This document shows positions 10,900-64,000 of a stretch of 64,000 nt of DNA, in pieces (the stretch's first letter is position 1; every line of letters starts with the position of its first letter). Below the pieces are notes generated by a model. That model was not told the DNA's origin and did not search any database. It saw only the letters and a list, made by a program, of their open reading frames with translations. Made by a program: the position numbers and the translations under genes. The stretch is from Chrysemys picta bellii (Eukaryota). The stretch is from NCBI RefSeq assembly GCF_011386835.1, contig NC_088792.1, positions 50,220,001 to 50,284,000 of the forward strand. Direction: 5' to 3'.

Positions 10900-11757
10900 C
10901 ATGGGGGAATGGAGTTTATTTTTAATAGAGGAGGACCAGAACTCAGTGTGCTGCTCCCATCACCTGTCTCTCACACACAGAGCTCATGAAGTATCTGCAA
11001 AGCTCAGTAATGACTCCTGGAAAAAGCAGTGTGCATGGCTGTCAGGGTTCCCAAAACGGAATTACAATCAGATTATATTTGTGTTTATTAATTTTTAAAT
11101 GTATGGATACTCCGGACTCCTCCTGCTGCTCTGCTTCCCTGATTACTTTGAAACATAAACATGGCCAATTAAAGCAGTTTTCTATAACAAGCCATATATA
11201 ACGCAACTAATACATCCATTTCCATTTGGCATTTGGACAAGTTACAGTGTAACCAATATGATGTCATATACCTAATAATGTAATACTTTTACAAAGTACA
11301 GAACTTTAATATTCCCATAAACTCATAGTTCACATTTAATAGAAATGAAAATATTTAGCAAGGATTACTGCCCTGTTAGGACCTAAATCTTGTGACACCT
11401 TTTAGGAGCAACATCGGGGACCACTTCAACCTGCACTGGCTACATAGGCAGATCGTTTAATAGTTACTTAAACAACACAGAGACAGCTTCAAAGTAATGA
11501 AAGTTTGCTCCAATTCAGGCTTTTAACTACAGAAAAGTTTCTTCTTGAGCCATAGCCCCATCAAAGGGGCTCTGCTCTTCACACTCCCAAGTTGTTATGC
11601 CTCAGGTGGACAAAGGTAACTACATTCCTAACCCAACCTGTAAATGCCTGTACATAATGAATTAAGTTAGCCTTGAAACAGAGTATAAAATTGAAAGACA
11701 CACATTAAATCTGCTATGCAACTTGCATAACAGACATTTGTCTCGCTGTTTGAAAGG

Positions 11758-11969
11758 TTTATTTCTATCTTCATAAATACACAATCCTCTAAACATTGTG
11801 CAAGGCACTTCCCCCTCCCCCAGATAAAATCTTGTGTTCTAGAATATTTTAATCTCCCTATTCAACTTAATGAAGTAAATAATCTAGAAACAAATAATTT
11901 CCAATTACAAGCCAGTGGTTAAGGCAGGTACCATTGATACAGTGCATGGATTTTTCTATTGCATTTATT
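11758..11969 (-). terminator. Candidate poly(A) signals of SLC25A13 (AATAAA at 11964-11969 and 11758-11763 on -)
   Basis: TTTATT on + about 840 and 1040 nt beyond the stop codon; which one is used is unknown. Confidence 0.4.
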
Positions 11970-12805
11970 TCAACAAGCAGCATTTACTAAGTGCATCATA
12001 CAAACAAGAATCCAGATATCAGCATGTCCAAGATAGGCACCTAGTCTTGTAATTTCATTGTACGTGTAATAAAATGCCAAAAGTACTTCCATAAAGTGCA
12101 AAGACTATGGACAATAACACTTCCTTCCTAGCATTTTGATACCAGTAACAGAATACCATGACTCAATGTTTATAAATGTGGTTTCCATTACAAAAACATG
12201 TTCCACATAAAAGCTTCATAATACAATCCAGAAACTGAGCTTGTGCGTGTACATATTTAAAAAGTTGAAGCCATAGTGGCAGACTCAGGTACTGTATGTG
12301 TGTGTGTATATTTTATATATTTTGAATTCTACAAACACGCACTAAGCTTATAACCAATTTACATGTACAGTCAAAATCATTCTGCTTGAGCACCATGATC
12401 TCCATTGACTATATTTCAGTGACAATATCTGATATCCAATATGCAGCCACTTTGGCATAATAATCCTCATTTGAATGTTACCTGCCAGATGATCGCATTC
12501 ATAACCCCCACCCCTAATCCTCCTCCACAAACAGAATTGAATATTAGTGCCTTCCAAACACAAAGCACATGTCAGATGTGGACAATACATTCATGGTCCT
12601 GAACCCAAAGAATAACTGGTAAGAATTTCACAGTGATCTGGTTAAGGAAGCACAAAGACCAATGATTACATTTAAGAAAACTGCCTTAAAACTGAAATGA
12701 CACTTAACTGATATATGATGAAAAGCTAAAGGAATGAAATATTAGACTGATCAGAAAAGTGGCTCTTTCACCACTAATAAAACTCTACAGCAGTAACATG
12801 ACATT

Positions 12806-58916
<46,111 letters not shown>

Positions 58917-61216
58917 CTGAAAATGCATTAAAACAAAGTTACATTTTGCTTTAGCTATATTTCCTGAACATGTACGTTAAAGTTAAAATCCACAGCATAC
59001 CTGATGCTTTACAAAAGAGAGTTACAGGTCATCCTCCCCCCGCATAGGGACAAATAAGGTCTCCACTAATATTTTTCTACATCTCAAATACAAGATCAGG
59101 GCTCCTCTTCCCTCTCTGGGCTTGTCTATGCAGGGAACAGCCAAGAATAGCTAGTGCAATAGCTATAAGTGCAAATAACTCTTCTGCACTAACTTCCTGT
59201 GCAGACACACTTAGCATGGAACAAAAGTGTCCACACAAGGAGTGACTGCAGAATTTGGGCTTTAAATTCACACCCTAGCTTACTTCTCTCTAGCTTCCCT
59301 TTAGGTTCTGCAATTCATTTAACAGAGAAATGTAAGCAAGAGTTTCAAAAGACCAGTACAGGTATGCTCCCATTTATGTATTTCAATGTAACCAAAGGTG
59401 TCACATCTGAGAGCACTGATCAGTTTACTGTAAGTTTCACAGTAGGTAAATCAAATCTTTGTAAAATTATATTTATGTTCAGCTCCCACAAATGATCTCT
59501 GCAAGGAGGAGAATGTGAGTATTCCTTCATAAGACATCTTTATTTATTTATTTTAAAACAGAAGGTAGCTTATTTGTCAAATGCTGTAGTGAAAAAGGTT
59601 TTGTAAAATCAAACTAGAAGCCTAGTTTACAATGCTTTGCGTCACCACACCTTTGTTATTATTTCCACTGATATCAGCATTAATAGTAGATGGATATCAA
59701 TCATTTGATTTACATGATAGCAGCACTCAATGTTTTCACCGTTTGTGATTCAAATGTACTCGGGAAGTGGGGGGAGAGATACATGACAAGTAATCAATCC
59801 AAAAATTACATCTTCTCCTACAGTCATCTACAACCTGTTCCAGGCAGATTTTTTTCCCTCCATTCGGTGTCAAACTAGAGGTTTTTTATGACTAAACTAC
59901 ACCAACAAAATCCAAATTTAGCATAGGGCAAGTTACAGATTGGGACAATGTCAAAGATTTTCGGTTGGTTTTGTAGTAAGTCTTAAACATGGTGACAGTG
60001 AAGACACAAACAGGTGGACTTGCCTGTTTAGGATTAATCCCTTTTAATGGGAAGAGGGAAAAAATGCAGACATTCTAGCAGTTACTACAATGTTATCCCT
60101 TCCAGCTTCAAATCTCATTAAAATGTCTTTTTCCTGGAAGGATATTGCTTATTTCTAAGCCACACCTTAAATGAATTAGCGTGGAGTGTTTTCCTAGATA
60201 CTGAACTTGTCTTGCAATGGGACAGATGCACTTCGCTATTATCTCCACTACTCACATTTTTTAAAAAGATTCTAAAAAGTAAAGTTAAACTGAGACCTTG
60301 TACTAATCAAGATTCACTACTATGCTGCTTTTAATGGGCCAATGATGCAATTCAATAATAAGTAGAGGAAATCAGTATTTGTCTCATAGGCAACGCCAGC
60401 ATTCAGTGGGATAAAGAAAAGGAAACAAACGGCAAATACGATATTTGTGCCACCTTCCAAATCAACTTCTTAAATCCTGGCCTCATGGGCTTCTTAAACA
60501 ATTTAAATTTAATTTCTAATCAACATCTTTAGGGTTTGTAGCTTGTCTCCAAGTTATGATGAAGCAAGATTATGTTAGGCAGAAAAATGAGCACTGCTAA
60601 ATGTTTCAGTACTCTAATTCACTCACTAAATTATTCAAAAATTTCTGGTTCTAATGAGAAATGCTTATGGAGGTTACAATATTTTAGCCATAAAATTTAA
60701 GTTACAATTCCAGGTCGGTCACATTTCCTTTACACTACAGCCCTCTGTGGGGAGGCAGGGGAGGAGATGCTATAATTCAGCAACAACATTCCCTCTGGCT
60801 GAAGGTAGCCATGTCAGTTCTCACTTCAGCCTGGCTGTGACTAGAATTTCATTTATTATAACAAACGTTGAAGCAAGCAGTTTGGGAAGGCTTTAGGTAG
60901 GAAGAGTGCAAGAAAACAAAGTTTGTCAGCTTGAGGCAGGCAGCAACTCAGGAGTTTGCCTGCACGGAGCTCAGATGATGAACTGGACATAAAAATTCTT
61001 GTACCCCTGTTGATCACCACCGAGGACATGAACATGCTCATTTTTTGTATCCATTGCAGTAACACAATGAACCTGTGGACCATATGGACCATGACACCCC
61101 CCCCACACACACACATGCACGCACACGTCCAATTTGTGAGTAGCTGCCCAGCAAACCCATCCTGATCTGAGGATGGGGATTCTGTGTGATCAAAGGTTTT
61201 TCCTCTGCACAATTTA

Positions 61217-61392
61217 GAAATGTCTACACAGCAAAGAAAAACCCACGGCTGGCCTATGCCAGCTAGTTAGGTCCTCAGTCCGAGGCCAGAACTCTACACA
61301 GCAATGAAACAGCCCTGCAGCCTGAGCCCCATGAGATCAAGTCAGCTGACATGGGCCAGCAGCAGATTTTTCTTTGCTGTATAGACATACCC
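61217..61392. mobile_element. Harbinger-like MITE
   Basis: ATGTCTACACAGCAAAGAAAAA / TTTTTCTTTGCTGTATAGACATACCC. Confidence 0.75.
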
Positions 61393-62658
61393 TAAATGGT
61401 CTGAGCAGATTCTCAAGACTTGGAGAAAACTATTCACACCCCTTCACGCTCACTGCAAGGGTTTTAACCCCGTTTTTATGGCTATGATTAATTTGAGATA
61501 GTCAGAGAAGGGTCTTCTTTCACAATTAAATGGAAAGAGCAATTGTCCTCTGCCACTCTCAGCCACCCAAAATGTCAGCAAAGTGAAGAGGTGGTGGAAA
61601 AGTATATTCAGGGAATGGCTACACAATAAAATTAAAGCTTTGTTACAAAAAACAGCAAAGGAAAGCCAGAATTGGTATATAAACACCATCACATAGAGCA
61701 CACTTGTTTAACATCAGTACATTTCATAACAATGTAAAATTCTAAGTGTTTAATTTAAAATAAAAAGGTACGCAATCTAGCCATCTCAAAGCTTGAAAGT
61801 TAAGACATTTCACAGCATGACTAATTATACTTCAAAAGTCTGCTCAGTAGCCACTAGCATTAGTCTGGGAGAAGTGATGGGATATCAAAAAAATAAAATA
61901 AAATAATAAAAACAAAATGGTACCACTCAACACCAACTGTAAATAAACTTAATTTGCAAATAAATTTTGCTTTTTAATCAAGCTGAGAAGGGTTTCATAT
62001 CTTTCATCCTAAGACTGCTTAGTTAAGCAAAATATGGGTGAAAAGCAGCTATATAAGAAAAACTAACTTAATTGCTTCTCAATGCAAAATACTTTCCCAC
62101 TGAACCCTCCCTAGATTCAAGTTTCTGTAATCCCTACACATAACTTAAAAAACAAGTTTATCCCTTGATGATAGGAGCCTGAATTTCACAAGCTACAATA
62201 ACTGTTTATGCAAAATGAATCTGCATGGTCGCAGGCACCAGAGTTTAAATGAAAGGATTTCCCACCTAGAATTTCACCTCAGCTTTTCCATACAGCTCAT
62301 TAAAAACATAATTCATTTTCCAGTTATGTGGAGATTTATGTTCAGGTATGACTGATATTTCCAATTGACTTGCATTCATTAGCTGCAACACAATCCTTTC
62401 CACTGTAGCAGATTGTGAGGTCCCATTTACAGGTATTATTATCTCATCAACTAGCCTGCCAGAACTGACCGAAACCCTAGCTCATGTTTAAATGTGTTTG
62501 ACAGACCTATACATTAGCCAACACAAAATCTGATCGATCAACTGATTTTAAACTCTGGGGTTGGGTTTGAGATTGTTGTTCTGAAGCAGATCATAGTATT
62601 TAAGCCTTGTCCAACTCATGAGGGACTGCATCTCACAGAGGAAGCTCTTTGTTTAGAG

Positions 62659-62948
62659 CAGTGAAACTCAGACTGAGGCTCGTGAGCCGCAAGTGGCTCT
62701 TTAATGTATCTCCTGTGGCTTTGCAGCACATTATATTAAAACACTGCGTGATTTAATTATTAACCAATGTATATTATTAACCAATCAGGATGCTTTTACT
62801 TTGTTATTAACCAACTGTAGAATACTTGGTCAATCATTCTGCTGTAAGACTTATAAATAAAATAGTAAATGAAATAATGAATTCATACTACTGTGGCTTT
62901 TTCTGATCGTGAATTGGCTCCTGAACCACTGAGGTCTGAGCATCATTT
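62659..62948. mobile_element. Degenerate hAT MITE
   Basis: CAGTG...CTCAGAC left end; TSD gtttagag / gtttacag. Confidence 0.6.
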
Positions 62949-64000
62949 GTTTACAGCAAGAACAGATCTCAATTCCTCTTGCATATAAAATAAAGCTGTT
63001 GATTAAATGTTCATCTAGCTTTCTTGTGTCAGAAATGAGGATTAATTAAACTGCACTAGCAGAATATGAATATGGAAAAAGTGTGTTCTCCACAGGAATG
63101 GGAGTGGGGGGGATGACAAGAAATATGAACTACTTTTAATATTAGATTATTTCACTAAAAACCAGTAAGCAGTGCTTTATTTACAAAACAGTAGCTGCAG
63201 TACATTAAGGAACCCATCTGGTCCAAGTTAAGGGTAATATAAAAAGCATTTACACATCAAGAATGCCAAGAGGTAACTTGGCATCCGCTGTGGTATCCTG
63301 CTGCCTAAGGTCCAAGGTCTAGACGTTAGACCAAGGAGACTGACTCACATACAGAGAGAAGGTCAGGAGGAAAAGCTGAGTATCAAAGGTTAGGAAATTC
63401 AAAGCAAAATTTCTACACATGTGAAGAGTAACTCAAATTTGTGCCAAGAATAGTTTCTGCCAGAGCTTCAGCATTTACAATGTAAGGCCACAATGGTGTA
63501 AGGCAAAGGATGGTAATGACATCATATCCATATGAACTGGGTAACGAGATATACCAATTTACTAAAATTGCTGCAGTGTCACGATTATGTTGAAATTGAG
63601 CAGACTGTTTCAGTAAAATCCCAGGACTTCTGGTCACCTGGAGCCTCCAAAAAATATGACGGCAACTTAAGCAGCTACCTCATCTTCACCCCGGATGCCA
63701 CTCAGCTGTCCAGTGCACAGCCAAAGGGAAATCTTTGCCCTCCTGCACATCTGAACTTCTGCTGCAGTCGTGAAGAGCAAGATCATTGGGCTGGCCGTAA
63801 CCTCGGTGGAAGGAGAAGGGGAAAGGACAAAACGCATCTTTATAGGCCAGCAAGGTGCTAAACTGGAGGTGGAAAGAAAGGAACATGAGCAGACAACAGG
63901 GAAAGAAAAACAGAGAAAAATATCCAGGAGGAGGATAGAATATTCATATGAGAAGAGCAATCAATATAGGACATGAGGCTGAGGTCCACAGGGATTTTTT

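Noticed and set aside
11802-11808. miR-124-like seed match on the - strand
   Set aside because: A single 7-mer is expected by chance and may lie beyond the poly(A) site in use.
58917-64000. SLC25A13 exon 5
   Set aside because: No matching peptide found by eye; it presumably lies beyond the window.

Overview
Vertebrate genomic DNA, very probably from a hidden-necked turtle (inferred from tortoise Pol III/Cry-type SINEs and the repeat content). It contains the 3' ends of two convergent genes. (1) The last coding exon of DYNC1I1 (+, 2926-3036). (2) Exons 6-18 (human numbering) of SLC25A13/citrin (-, 58916 to 12806): 13 GT-AG exons, 1563 nt, one open frame of 520 aa plus stop. In mammals this interval belongs to the SHFM1 DLX5/6 long-range regulatory domain. 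Almost all ORFs in the supplied track are spurious or are intron read-through of real exons. Introns and the intergenic gap contain many transposons: hAT MITEs with 8-bp TSDs, Harbinger-like and Tigger-like MITEs, tRNA/CR1 SINEs, MIR, L2, and LF-SINE-like and AmnSINE/Deu-like relics. The most striking structures are two young Penelope-like insertions. Each is a perfect 86-87 bp inverted repeat with an 8-nt spacer, carries a minimal hammerhead-ribozyme motif, and has copy-specific variants mirrored in both arms. Other leads: the DYNC1I1 last exon is the probable orthologue of a known exonic DLX5/6 enhancer; a 110-bp MITE-end-plus-flank segment is duplicated 4.5 kb away; several repeat-free candidate enhancers; and a Gly-to-Arg change in citrin. 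No CRISPR array, rRNA or true tRNA gene is supported.
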